A stretch of 64,000 bases of DNA from Camelus ferus. Lineage: Eukaryota. The stretch covers positions 18,724,001-18,788,000 of the forward strand of contig NC_045704.1 of assembly GCF_009834535.1 (NCBI RefSeq), read 5' to 3'. Below, piece after piece: positions 46,330 to 58,450 of this stretch. Within the stretch, counting starts at the first letter, position 1. Each line of letters opens with the position of its first letter. Below the pieces are notes generated by a model. The model did no database searches. It was not told the origin of the DNA and worked only from the letters and a program-made list of their open reading frames with translations. Position numbers and translations under genes: made by a program.

Positions 46330-46720
46330 AAGAGGACACGGAAGGTCACGGAGGTTGAGCGAGTTCCCGGGTTCGCGAAGCACGTAAGTGGCAGAGTGGG
46401 GATTTGAACCCGGGCCCCAGCACGCCCCAGCCCGCGACAGGAATCTCTGTGCTTTGGCGCCACCTTGCGAGTGCGCCCAGCCTCCCCCGACCCGGCAGGC
46501 GCACGCGAAACCTTCCGCGCCCCGGGGTGAGTAGGCTTTCCACTGCCCACCTGCCGGGGCTCTCGAGCCCAAGCTGCTGCAGCCCTCGGGAATTTCGGAC
46601 TTTGCTTCTGCCACAAGCTTCCTTCCGAAATGTCATTTGGATTTTTCTTCCAGCTTCAACCATCCCGTGTTCCCCGACCTCTTCCCGGCCCCCAGGGCCT
46701 GGCTCACTTCTGAATTCCCG
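46330..46720. other. Orphan CpG-rich segment built partly on a MIR, with a CTCF-like motif
   Basis: Dense CpG in intergenic DNA; MIR core GTAAGTGGCAGAGTGGGGATTTGAACCC; GCGCCACCTTGCGA at 46457-46470. Confidence 0.55.
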
Positions 46721-47421
46721 CCACGCCCTCCTGGTGGCAGGTTGCCAGTTTGGAGCTGTCTTCTTGCTGCATCTGTCTCAGCTGGGTGTGTCACCCTTAC
46801 TCAATGGCCCCCAGCAGCCTGACATCACCTGGGAGCTGGCTGGAAATGGCGGACCCGAAATCCTACTCCAGACCTGCTGAACTGGGATCTGCATCTTAAC
46901 AGGACCCTCCCCGCCCCACCTCACCCTCAAGTAATTTGCAGCCCAGTGAAGGTTGGGTAGCTCTGGCCTAGACCACAAAGGGGTCGTGGGACCCAGGGAG
47001 CCTTACAGATAGGCACCTCACCTGGGGCAGGTGTAGCTAAGAAAATGGTCTTCAGCCACGTCTTGAAGTTAGATGATGACTGACTTTTTGTCTGTTTTGG
47101 GGAAGATTCAAGTTCATTTCCAGCATTTGGGTACCAGGCACTGTCTTACGCCGCTGCATCTGGGATCCCCAGAGATACTCCGTTTTCTATTGCTAATGGA
47201 ATTTTGTTTAATAATTTGTTTGGAAATCTATGTAAAATAAACTTTATAGGAGCTGAGCAAATTGAGGTATCAATATAGAAATTCTAGATGTAATAAACAA
47301 CCAGTGACATATGAAGTGTTAGGAGACCAAAGCCCTAACCCAGTGGTTCTCAAACTCCAGCATCAAGTTACCAAGAGAACGTTTAAAACTCAAGACTGTT
47401 GAGGAGGGGCAGGCAGAGGTT

Positions 47422-47541
47422 GGAAGGGTAGAGCTCAGTGGTAGAGCGCATGAACGTGGTCCTGGGTTCAATCCCCAGTACCTCCATTAAAAAAAAAAAA
47501 ACAAAACCTAATTACTCCCCTCAAAAAACATTAAAAAAAAA
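47422..47541 (+). mobile_element. Vic-1-like SINE
   Basis: AGCTCAGTGGTAGAGCG...GGTCCTGGGTTCAATCCCCAGTACCTCC plus A-tail. Confidence 0.85.
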
Positions 47542-47662
47542 GGATTATATAGAAATGATCCCAGTCAGTGACCTATTCTTACAGAAGTGTAATGCATTCC
47601 CATGATCTAGTGTGAACTTAAGTGCTGATGTGATTTTCCTGTATTTATGCAGCAGATTTAGT

Positions 47663-47764
47663 ATTTTCTTTTTTAAAAAATTTTTGAAAATGGAGGTACT
47701 GGAGATTGAACCCAGGACCTTGTGCATGCTAAGCTTGTGCTCTACCCCTGAGCTATACCCTTCC
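47663..47764 (-). mobile_element. Vic-1-like SINE
   Basis: Reverse-complement head GGAGGTACTGGAGATTGAACCCAGGACC...GAGCTATACCCTTCC; degenerate TSD CAGA[T/C]TTAG[T/C]ATTTT. Confidence 0.85.
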
Positions 47765-48904
47765 ACCAGACTTAGCATTTTCGTTTAACTTATGTGTCAC
47801 CTATCATGTTATTTATGTTTTGGTTCCACCCTTATTGAGACAAAAACTTCCAGTGACAATTTCACATGTATACCAATCTCCTTTTTTATGGTCTAATGAA
47901 AAATGTCAAATCAAGGTGTGACATCTAAAAAGAGGGTTTTTTTCCTATTATATGAATCAAAATATATTGGTGGATTTTTTTTTATAAGCCTGCTGTTCTT
48001 CCCACTGTAGTCCTAGAGTCCTTTATAACTCTTTTCACATTGTGTTCGAATTGTTGGTTTACCTTCTGACTTTCTCAAAGGTTCATGGGTTCCTCAAGGA
48101 CATTCTTCCATTTGAAGAAAAAAAAAGTGTAATAAGGAGATGTTTATTTTTCTACTATTTGTCCAGTTTGTCTTATTAACAGTGAGGAAATTGTTTCTGG
48201 ATGAAGATGCCTGGTGAGTGCTCATGTGGGCATGTTAGATGTGGGCATGGGGGTTTGTGATTTGAAATTTCATGGAGTGTAGGGGGGTAGTGGTTGAGGG
48301 GTGGGAGCTTGTTGGTGGCTGTGGGTGTGTGATTCTACAGGGAGTGGGGCATTGTCTGGGACTGTGTTTCTCTGGGACACAAGCATGTGTCTACATTCAA
48401 TATGTGTAGCCCTCTAGGATCCACCAGTGAGAATCAGTGATCATCAGTGGCTGACTGCGTGAAGGAGTGTCCCTACCCCCCTGCCCATGTGTCTGTCCCA
48501 GGGTTGGGGATGCAGTGCCCATGTCCTGGGTCTCCATGGGTTCTCTCTGACGCTGGCTGTGTGCTCTGGCCCCATGGGTCCTGTGTTCCTGTCCATGGTC
48601 TGCCTCTCTGTCGAGGTCTCCTCACTATCCCATGTCGCTCTCCATGTCAGAAACTCATGGCCTTCCTGGGTGGCTGGGGTTCTAGGTGACTGTGTCCATC
48701 CCTGAGTCCAGATGCCCTTGCACAGCTGGGACAGTGGGAACTCTGTGCCCCTGAGGTTAAGGAGGCCAGCTGGGAAGTTAGCGGCTGGAGATTAGATTTC
48801 AAAAGGTCACGAGAGGAAAGGAGGGAGAAGGATCCAGGTCTGGTCTGAGGCAGGCCCAGGTCAGGGTCTAGGGTCTCGGAGCCATTATAAGAATAGTCTT
48901 AATA

Positions 48905-49000
48905 GGGTGGGGGGGTATAGGTCAGTGGTAGAGCGTGTGCTTGGCACGCACGAGGTTCTGGGTTCAATCCCCAGTCCCTCTGTAAAGGGGGAAAAGAAAG
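48905..49000 (+). mobile_element. Vic-1-like SINE
   Basis: GGGGGTATAGGTCAGTGGTAGAGCG...GGTTCTGGGTTCAATCCCCAGT. Confidence 0.8.
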
Positions 49001-50924
49001 TATTAAGAACAGTCCTAGTAATTCCTGCTTATTGAGCACATACTGGACTTCATGCTTTATATTCATATTGTTTTTATATTATATTTATACTGTTATTTAT
49101 AAATATATTTATACGGTTGCATTTATTCAATATCACACATGCAGTATTTATATTATATTTATAAGTCACAATTATGTGAATGGTTCCTAATATTCTATTA
49201 GTTATAAATGCCTTGATACAGTAATTTTCTATTATCCTTTTCTATTTTGATGATCATTTTCTAGTATTCCCTTGAAGGTAGGAGGAAAAGCTCAGAGAGG
49301 TGAGTTCACTTGCCCAAGGGCATTCAGCAAGGTGACAGAGTCAAAATGTGAACCTAGTTTCAAGTGTTCCCAGCCTTTGGCTCTTAACCTCTTAACCTTA
49401 CCCTGGCCAAGGCGGAAGATGGCATCTGGGGGCCCAGGAGGGATCAGGGTCAGCTGAGTGGCCGTGGTCAAGAGCAGATGTGTTGTTCTGGTTTACGTTT
49501 ATTGAGCCCTTATTGTGTGCCAGGCACTGCACTAAGGGCTCTCGTAATAATAATATGGCAGATGCTTGTATGGCGCTAAGCAAGGGCCCTATTCTCAGCA
49601 CGGTTATGTGGATTAATTCATACTCCTTACACCAGCGTTCTGAGGTGGATACCCTCGTTGTCTCCATGAGGCCCTAAGATGGAATCCTGTGCAAAAGCTT
49701 GTGGAGGAGCTGGGATCTGGCTCCAGACAGCCTGGCTCCACAGGCTATTCCTTTAGCCCCCATACTTTCTACTATCCCTTGTAATCTTCACAACAATCCT
49801 ACAGTGTAGGAAGAAAATTCGCCCATTTTACAGATGAGGAAACTGAGGCCCAGACTTGGACTCACCCAGGGAGCCACAGACTTGAACCACTGTCTGTCTG
49901 ATCAGCTCACCCACACTTTTGACCCTATGCTCATCTGGCAGGAGGCCAGGAACTCCAAAAAGTCTCTAAAGGGCCTTGGTCACACAACCAGATGCCGGGG
50001 GCCCTGTATCTCCCTGGGGTCCCAGCCTCCCTAACATTCCTGTACAGCTGCTTAATTTTGCCTTAGACTTGTGTCACTGCTGCCTGCTGATTAGTAAGCA
50101 CTCATTGTACAAGAATTGTCTGTTTTCACCCAATGAGGATTTTGTTTGTTCTTTGTTGCTATTACAAAAAGTTTAAGTTTTATACAGCTCAATAGGATCT
50201 TTATTTATTTTATAGATTCAAGTTATCCAAACTTAGTTAAGAAAATCTCCTGGCTCCTTGGGATTGGGAATAAGGGGGTGGCAGTTTCCTCTTTCCTCAG
50301 TCTCTCCCTCTTTGGCTTGTCCTTGGAAGAGGGGATCTTGATATCTTGTCAATTTGTAAGCCCTCTTTATATATTATAGCTACTAATTCTACATGGCCCC
50401 AAGTGCTGCAAATTTTTCCCCAAGCTTTTTGTACCTTGCAATGGTTTTTGTTATGCAAATATGTCTATCAACATCTCGACCTTGGTCTGGATCTCCTGCT
50501 TCGGGGGAGGTGGGAACGGGGTCTCCCTCCCCATCTCCTCCCCTCCTCTCCCTTCCCCGCCAGGGTCTCTCTCTCCTTATCTCCAGCTTTTCCTTTCCCA
50601 AGGTCCTGCGTCTGGGTAGGAGACCTGCCCAGCCTGGGAGCCCAGCCCCCCTCCCCCTCTCCCCTCGCTGGGTCTCTCCTCGTTTGGAAGGGGGTTGTTT
50701 CATTCCTTGTCAATTTTCAAGGGCTCTTCCTACCTAGAGCTATTAACCCTATGCTACCCTTTGTATTGCAAGTCACTGGTCCTGCTATTTGCCACATAAA
50801 ATTTAAGCTGCTAATTTTCTACAAATAAGTCTGTCTTGTATTCTTCGGTCTGGGTTTTTGACCTACTTCAGGACGGTCTCCCTGTTCCTGGGAGAGGGGC
50901 GCCCTCCCCTTCCCTCCCCAAGTC

Positions 50925-50968
50925 CTTATCTCGCAGCTTCTCCTTTCCCACGGATCAGATGCATAAAA
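50925..50968 (+). promoter_or_regulatory. SYCN acinar-type proximal promoter (GATA site, PTF1-like TC-box, TATA)
   Basis: CTTATC at 50925-50930; CAGCTT (E-box with one mismatch) at 50934-50939, then 4 nt, then TTTCCCACG at 50944-50952; CAGATG at 50956-50961; CATAAAA at 50962-50968. Confidence 0.55.
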
Positions 50969-50999
50969 GGACATGGGGGCGTCGCTTCGCAGTGTCACC

Positions 51000-52324
51000 A
51001 TGTCCCCGCTGTGCCCACTGCTGCTGGCCCTGGCCCTGGCCCTGGCGGCCGTCCCCGGTGTCCGAGGCGCCTGCCCGGTGCCCGCCGACCTCAAGAGCGC
51101 CAACGGGACGCGCACGTGCGCCAAGCTCTACGACAAGAGCGACCCCTACTACGAGAACTGCTGCGGCGGCGCCGAGCTGGCGTTGCAGCCGGGCGCCGAC
51201 CTGCCCTACCTGCCCTCTGACTGGACGAACGTCATCTCTTCGCTCGTGGTGGGCCAGCGCTGCGAGCTCACCGTGTGGTCCATTCGCGGCAAGGCCGGCA
51301 AGAAGCGCAAGTTCTCGGCCGGCACCTACCCGCGCCTGGAAGAGTACCGCCGCGGCATCTTCGGGGACTGGTCCAACGCCATCTCCGCGCTCTACTGCAG
51401 GTGCGCGCCCGCGCCCGTCCAGACCCCGCCCCGCCAGTGTCTCCTAGTCCGCACATCTGCTTCCCCAGCTCCCAACCCAGCACCGGGGCTCCAGACCGCC
51501 CCCCCTCGCCCCGCCCCCTGAAACTTTGACCCAAATTGGGCATCCTTAGAACCAGTCCTGGAGATCCCCCTTCTCCTCACCCCAACCCCCACCTCCCCCC
51601 AAGCCCATGCCCCTTGGATCTCCCAGACCCAACTCTGAGATTCCCAGACTCAGAAGCTGACCCAACCTTCCTGCCTCCATTGCCCCCTCCAACCTTCCTG
51701 AATCCCCCACCTGCCTACCGCCTACTGGCAGCTGCACTTTCCAGGGAGTGCAGACTAACTCCGGAGTCCCCAAGTCTAGCTCACCCTGAAGCCCCCAGAA
51801 CCAAAACCAGTTCTTCCCCACCCTCTAAGTCATCAGATCCCAGAGCTCTCAGACCTGACTCTGAAACTCCCAGATTCTACATTTGACCCAGAACTCAAGA
51901 CCCCAGACCTAAGTCTAGGAATATCCTATCTAGCCTTCATGCTCCACCCACCTAGGCCTTCTAGTGCAACCATGGCTGTGGCCGGGAAACCAGTTCCAGA
52001 GCCCCTGTGAAGGTTCTGAAGCCCCCAGACCCAACTTTGGAGGCCCCTGAACCCACCCTGGACTCACATATCCACGCTCACAGACTTCGCGGCCCTAGAT
52101 CTAGCCAGAATGCCCTCTAAAACCACCCCCAGCTGCCCCTCTATCCCCAAGAGCTCCAGGAGCCCCCAGCCCCAAACTCCCAGGCCAGGATGCCTAGGTC
52201 CTGAACTTCGAGCCCAGCTCCAGCTCCCCACCTCTTCTCAGGCTTAGAACTCTCCACACTTTAAGGCTCTGAGCCCTTGGCATCCCGTAGTAATCATTTT
52301 TGATTCTGTTGCAGATGCAACTGA
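51000..52324 (+). CDS. SYCN: Syncollin (zymogen granule protein). Exons 51000-51400 and 52315-52324. 136 aa.
   Basis: [60 protein letters not shown]...[13 protein letters not shown]|CN* is closely similar to human syncollin. Donor AG|GTGCGC at 51400/51401, acceptor TTGCAG| at 52314, TGA at 52322-52324, TATA-like CATAAAA at 50962-50968. Confidence 0.96.
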
Positions 52325-53781
52325 TACCTTAGAGGTCTGTCACCTCCATCCTCCACAAATTGCTGAGGCCCTCACTTGGCCTTGTCTGTGGGATCTGCTG
52401 AAGTCCCCAAGATCCAAGAGAAGAGAGCTTTCTGCTTGCCCCCACCCTGCCTTCCTTGTAATACAGCCCTTGTAAGTCATCCGGTCTGCTGTCTACTGTG
52501 CTCGGGACCCGAGTCCACATGAACACGGGGTGGGATGGTGAGGAGAACATGGTGGTGAGGCCTGGGTCAGCTCATGCCAGGGACATGGGTCCTGACATGG
52601 ATTTAGGTGCGTGCACACCCCCCCACCACAGGACACGTGTGACATGCAGATTGTTAAACGTCAAAATGCTTCCCACACTTTTGGTGGACGGCCCTTCTCT
52701 GAAAGCTTCCCGGTTTTTCAGGCCTGCCCGGGACCTCTGGACTCCCTCCGAATTCATGCATGGGACAGAAGGAGGCCTTCAAGGACCCTACCCTAGGCTA
52801 GGGCCAGGGTCTGTTTTGTGATTTTGCCACTGCCCAGGACTTATGGGTTGTTAAATACTTTCAATGCCCCCCTCCCCAACACCTGGAGACCACTTTAGTT
52901 CAAATTTGCATCTTTCTGCAAATTTGACTTTTCAACCTATTTTCCCCTACTTCTCCCAAGGGTAATAAGGGCCCTTGATGGATATCTGGGTTTGGGAGGA
53001 GGTAGAGAAGGAACTAGAGAAAAGAAATGAGGGGTCTTGGAGATAAGAGAGGTAGGGGCACAACTCTAGGGGGCTGACAGCTGGGGTTGGAAGGAGGAAG
53101 GGAATTGGGGGAGATTCTGAGAGTTAAGAGATATGGCAGAAGAGGTAAGCAGAGATGCTTGGAGGCTGTATATTGGGGATAAGTGAAGAAATCAGAGGTC
53201 AAGGGAGGTGTAAAAGGTTCAGGGGTTGTGAGAGGCTGGAGGATCAAGGATTAGAGGATATACAAGTGGGAAATGAACTCAGTCAAGTTCTAAGGAGCAA
53301 ACAGCAAGGAAATAGTCAGCATCCTTGGGCACGTGTATTTATTCATTTCAGCCAACAAAGATTTATTGAACCCCTACCATCCATCAAGCACTGGAAGAAG
53401 TGCCACTGCCCTTGTGGCACTCAGGGAGGGCAGAGAAAATGCCAGAGAGTCAGACATTCAAAGATGTGTGGAGATGTCAAATGAGAAACCAAGGGCCAGG
53501 CAGGATTAAGGGGTGTAGGAGGTAGTAAGTGATCCTGGAGCAGCTGACGGGTCATGAGGGTATCAAGGGAGCAGGGAGGTGCTAAGGGAACATGGTGGTG
53601 CTTCAGGGACAAGGAGGTGCTAAGGGTTAGGGACTTCTAAGGGCCATGGAGCTGCTGTGGGGTCAGGGAGATGCTAAGAGGCCAGAAGTGATAAGGGGAC
53701 AGAGAGATGCTAACGGCTCAGGGAGGTGTCAAGGGGTGTATGGGTGAGACAAGGGGTCAGCACGGGCCCGGAGTTAGCCCG

Positions 53782-56598
53782 TCACTCCCTGAACTGTACA
53801 GACACGGAGGAGTCGGTCACCCTTGTCCGCCGCAGCCCACCATGCTCCAGCCGGTTCTTGGACTTGTGCAGGAAATGGACAAAGCGCACGCCGGGGCCAT
53901 ACTGGCGGAACACGTGGGACACCTGTGGCAGCCCCGGGGTCAGGAAGAAGTCCTTATTAGGGACCCAGAAATCCTGCTCTCCTCCCTCCTCCCTCTGCGA
54001 GGTCTTGGGACACGACCACTTGGGTACGGGTGGTGGCCGCAGTAGGGAGCCTCACCTGGACCCAGCGGCCGGGGGGGCCTCTTCCAGATGTCCGGGGGGC
54101 CACATGGTGCTGTGCAATGACTGTGCGGCGGTCAGCTGCCAGCAGCCAGACGTGCAGCTCATACACACACACGTCCAGCCGGCTGTCCTCATACCTGGGG
54201 GTGGGGGCCAGGCCTTCAGCTGCCACCACTGCCCCAAGCTCCCAGCTTCAACCCCTGGCTCTGTCACCATTCAACACACACTCACTGGCATCCACTCTGT
54301 GCACTGGGGATGGGTGGTGCTGGCCACACAGCAGTGACCACGACAGCCCCCTGCCCTGCCTTCATGGGATTCATGGTCCAGTGGGGGAGGCAGACATGTC
54401 ACCAGGCAGTGACAACCAGGAATGGACAGGGCTGGGATGGGGGACATCCGGGGCACTGGAACATAATGCATCTGACCCAGTTTGGCAGTGGTCAGGGAAG
54501 GCTTCCTGGTGGAGCCATGTGCACCGACTCCTAAAGGAGAGGGAGGAATTTGTTTCTAGAAAAGAGGGTGGCCAGGATCCAGGGAAGAAGGAACAGCCTC
54601 TGGGCTGGCATGTTTGAACAACTGAGAATCAGAGAGAAGGGGCCAGAGAGGTGGGCAGGGCTGGATCCTGCAGCGGCAGGACAGGGAGAGGCTTGCCCTT
54701 TGAGGAGACCCCGTGTGCCACCTGGCTGGTCAGGCTGGCTGGGAGAGGCACGTACCAGTCCATGACCGTGATGTGTGGCTGTTCATCATCTAACAGCTCC
54801 TCCCACAAGCCCTCGGCCAGAAGGTCCACACACTGCTGCTTCACAGTCCAGCTGTGAGAGAGGGCATGAAGGAGGTGAGGTCTGTCACTTGCTGGGATTC
54901 TCAGGCATCCCCCAGGTTGGCCTGGCCCCCAGAATCAGGACACCCTGATCATGGCAGGCATCCTGACATCGAAGTGATGTCAAGGGCACCCACATAGAGG
55001 CCCTGAGCCCTCACTCAGCACCTCGCAGACTCAGTTCCCACAAGCTCCTCTGAGGGTGATGCATTCTGAACCCCGGGCTGCAGATGGGGAAACTGGAAAC
55101 CGAGGCTCACTAAGGGAAGTAATTTGCCAAGATTAAGAAGAAAAGAAATGGCAGAGCTGGGAACCCAACCCTGGGATGCATAACTCTGAGCCCCTGAGTC
55201 ACTCCATCTCACCCCCTGTGCAGAAGCAGGGCCTGGTTTAATCGAGAACAGCTGGTGGCCTGGCTGAGCCTCCACCTCCCACAGAAAGGCTGAGCGCAGA
55301 AACAGTATTAGCTGCTATTTATTGACCACCTACTATGTGCAAGCTAGTCCTGGTCAGATCCTTTGCCATATGTTCTCTCTTATGACGAACTCTGTTTACA
55401 GAGCAGGAGACTGGGGCCCAGAGAGTCAAAGAGGGTTACTCCAGGTCCCACAGCAAGGAAGGCGAGAGCAGGGAGTCACACTCAGACCACATGGGTCCTG
55501 GCCACTCACCTGAGGTTCTGCTGGAGATTCTCAGTCCTAATGTGCCACCCACGGAAATTGCCTGGCGGGTGGAGAAGTGGAGGATTAGAATGCACCTGTT
55601 CTCCAGGACCACCCCCTCCCCACCTGGCCAGCCACCAATAGCTTACCCAGGGCCTCCAGGGGCTTCTGGGTGGGACCAGTAGGGGGCGCTGGCTCGTAGA
55701 TGTTGATGCCTGAAATGTACAGGGAAGTGGAGCCTCAGGCGAGCTGAGGCTGCCCACCTTCCTCATGCTCCCCACTCCCTGCCCCCAGGGCTCCGCTGGA
55801 AGGACGGGAATCAGTGCCACGCCTGCCAGGCCAGACCAGCCTGGCAGGGATGAGTGAGTCAGGGCCCTGAGAGAGCCCTGGGAAGGTCCTGGGGACAGAG
55901 GGACAATGCTGGGAACGGGAGGGCTTTGCCATGAGACAGAGAAAGGCACCAAGAGAAAGAGGCAGAATATGAGCGGAGGGAGGGGGAGAGAGATACAGGG
56001 TGGGACAAAGAGACACCGGGAGAGACAGACAGACATGACACACAAAGAGATAGAGATGGAGATGCAGGTGGGACAGAGAGACGCAAGGAGACAACTGCAC
56101 AATGAGAGAAAAGAGACAGAGAATGATGTAGAGGAATAAAGAGTTGCAGACAGACGCAGAGACAGACGGAGAGACAGAAGAGAGCGGCGGAAAGCAGAGA
56201 CACAGGGTCAGAGTGAGCGAGTCTAGGGGAAGAAGACGGGGACGCGGCGGCCTTCGGGCGGCTCCAGCCCGGCCGGGCCGCCATCCCGCACCTTCGGGGT
56301 TGGGCGAGCGCAGCAGGTTGCGGTAGAGCGGCCGCCGCAGGAAGAGCAGCTTCCAGGTGAGGCGAGGGGGCAGTTCCAGGCTCCCGCCCGGCGGCGCCCA
56401 CTCCTGCAGCAGCAGCTGCCGCGCGGAGGCCTCGGTCGGCGGCTCTGGCGCGAGGAGCTCGGGGGCCTCGGGGGCCGCGGGCGACCGCGGCGACGGGGGC
56501 GAGGGCGGCGAGGGCGGCGACGGCGGCTCCTGGGGGCTTGCGGGCTGGTCGGCCTCCATCCCGCCACCGAGCGCCTGTCCGTCCTGCACCTTCTCCAT
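53782..56598 (-). CDS. NCCRP1: NCCRP1/FBXO50, FBA-domain protein. Exons 56598-56292, 55709-55647, 55561-55510, 54851-54756, 54194-54056, 53922-53782. 265 aa.
   Basis: MEKVQDGQALGGGMEAD...RRPLYRNLLRSPNPEG / INIYEPAPPTGPTQKPLEALG / NFRGWHIRTENLQQNLS / WTVKQQCVDLLAEGLWEELLDDEQPHITVMDW / YEDSRLDVCVYELHVWLL...GRWVQ / VSHVFRQYGPGVRFVHFL...SVSVQFRE*. Exon lengths 307+63+52+96+139+141 = 798 nt, phases consistent, all introns GT-AG. Confidence 0.95.
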
Positions 56599-58039
56599 CT
56601 GTCGGGTCTGGGCGACTGTCCCGGCTCCTCTGCAGGGGCAGAGCGCGGGGTTACCCGGGGCGGGAGAGGGCGGGGTACCTCGGCTGACATTTAAGTGAGG
56701 GGTGTGTTGAGGGGAGGATCTGAGCCCCTGGCCCTCCTCCATCAGACCCAGGAGTCCGGGTCCCAGCCCCTCCTCCCAAAATGCAGAAGTCCAGGTCCCA
56801 GCCCGGTTCCGTATCCCAGGCCTCCTGCCCCCATTTCCCCAGGGCCAGCTGAGGACCCAGCCCTGGGAGAGGGGTGTGACAAAGGCGCTAATGCCAGGGC
56901 TCCGGCTCACTAATGAGGCCCATCCACCTCGTTAAGATCCCGCATGGCAGGATTAGAGGCTAATTAATGAAACCCCCTCTTCCTCCCCATCCTGCCGGCA
57001 CTCAGCTAGGCGGTGAGGGGTGGGGGTGGGGAGGGAGGGGAGGTCCTGCTTCTGCTACTTCCTCCTCTGCCCTGCCCTAGGACACAACCTTGGGTCCCTG
57101 ATATTTCCTTTTCTGGAAACGTAATGGGGGTGGGGGGCGGAGGACTCAAAGAGACCCAGAGCCAGCGATGAGGAGTCACAGAGATGGGAGACCCCAGGGA
57201 GACACTGAGGGAGAAGCAGCAACCCCACCTGGGTATCAGGGTGCGTTGCTCCCCTCCCTGGGGCTGGAGCAGGCGGCACAGGCTGCCAAAGCCTCCGCCC
57301 TCAGAGGTCACAGGGAATTGGGAGTGAGGGCTGGAGCGATGTTGGGGGCAGGAGGTCAGGGTGCGGAGGAAGTGGGATGGCGGAGGAACCTGCAGGGCCA
57401 GATGCCCACGGCCACATCCTGCCCAATCCTCATCCCACACCTGGGCCAGGTAAGCACAGGCGCAGAGTTCCATACGGACGACCAGTAACATGCACCACAG
57501 TGAGCGCTTTCTGCTTGCTAGGTGCTGTTCTAAGTATTAGAAGTTCATTTCATCCTCTCATAAGGGTAAGGTCGTACGTGCTACTATTATGGACATTTTA
57601 TGGGTAAAGGAAAGGTAATAGAGAAGTATGTGTGGAGCTACACGCCGGCCCGATATGCTCCAGCACCCTTCTTGCCTGCACACCAACCCTGAGTGGGGAG
57701 CTATTGCTATGCCCATTTCACAGATGAGGAAATAGAGTTCCCTCTCACAGGCCCATACCACCCCAGATAACCCCATTTACTTCCAAGGGCCCTTCATGCC
57801 CCAGATTCCCACAAGATGCTGAGAAACACGTGTTACAGACACTCAGAGTTGAGCTCACACCCGAATGACAATTCTCATGTAATTAAGGGCTGCCTGTGTG
57901 CCAGGCATTGTTCTAAGTTCTTTACGTGGAGTCATTAATTCAATTTCCACATCCTCCCTAGGAAACAGATACTCTTGTTAAACCCATTTGGCAGGTAGGA
58001 AACTGAGGCCCAGAGAGGTCTAGTAACTCACTCAACAAA

Positions 58040-58450
58040 TCGGTGTACCCTTGGTAGCTTAAACAACAGAAATGTATTCTCTCACGGTTCTGGAGATCAA
58101 GAGTCTGAAATCAAGTTGGCAGGCACCCTCCAGAGTTAAGAGAGAATCCTTCCCTGCCTCTCTCAGCTCCTGGTGGTGGCCAGTGTTCTTTGGCTTGTGG
58201 TCACATCCCTCCAATCTCAGCCTTCCTGTTCAAATGCCTCCTTCTCTCTCAGATTTCCCTCTGTCTCACTCTTTTAAGGACACTTGTCCTTGAATTTAGG
58301 GCCCATCAGGGTTACCTAGGATAATCATTTCATCTCAAGGTCCCCAACCTAAATATAACTACAAAGACCCTTTTTCCTAATACAATAGCATGCACAGGTT
58401 CTGGGGATTAGGATGTGGCCGTATCTTTTGAGGGGGACCACCTACCAACC
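58040..58450 (-). mobile_element. MLT1-type MaLR LTR (similar copies at ~44490-44930 and ~61100-61560)
   Basis: CTTAAACAACAGAAATGTATTCTCTCACGGTTCTGGAG...AAAGACCCTTTTTCCTAA...GGGGATTAGGATGTGG. Confidence 0.7.

Noticed and set aside
50346-50745. Diverged ~45-bp direct repeat upstream of SYCN (CTTGTCAATTT...TAGC/GAGCTA)
   Set aside because: Short and degenerate, and most simply explained as internal repetition in an old LTR-like fragment; nothing supports a function.
50973-51521. 182-aa ORF as the SYCN protein
   Set aside because: ATG 50973 is only a few nt after the TATA box and probably upstream of the TSS. Homology starts at ATG 51000, and the tail after YCR is intron read-through.
55735-56910. 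391-aa ORF on the minus strand as a novel gene
   Set aside because: It is NCCRP1 exon 1 plus open GC-rich upstream sequence and a low-complexity CT-rich intron; the true splice donor is at 56291.
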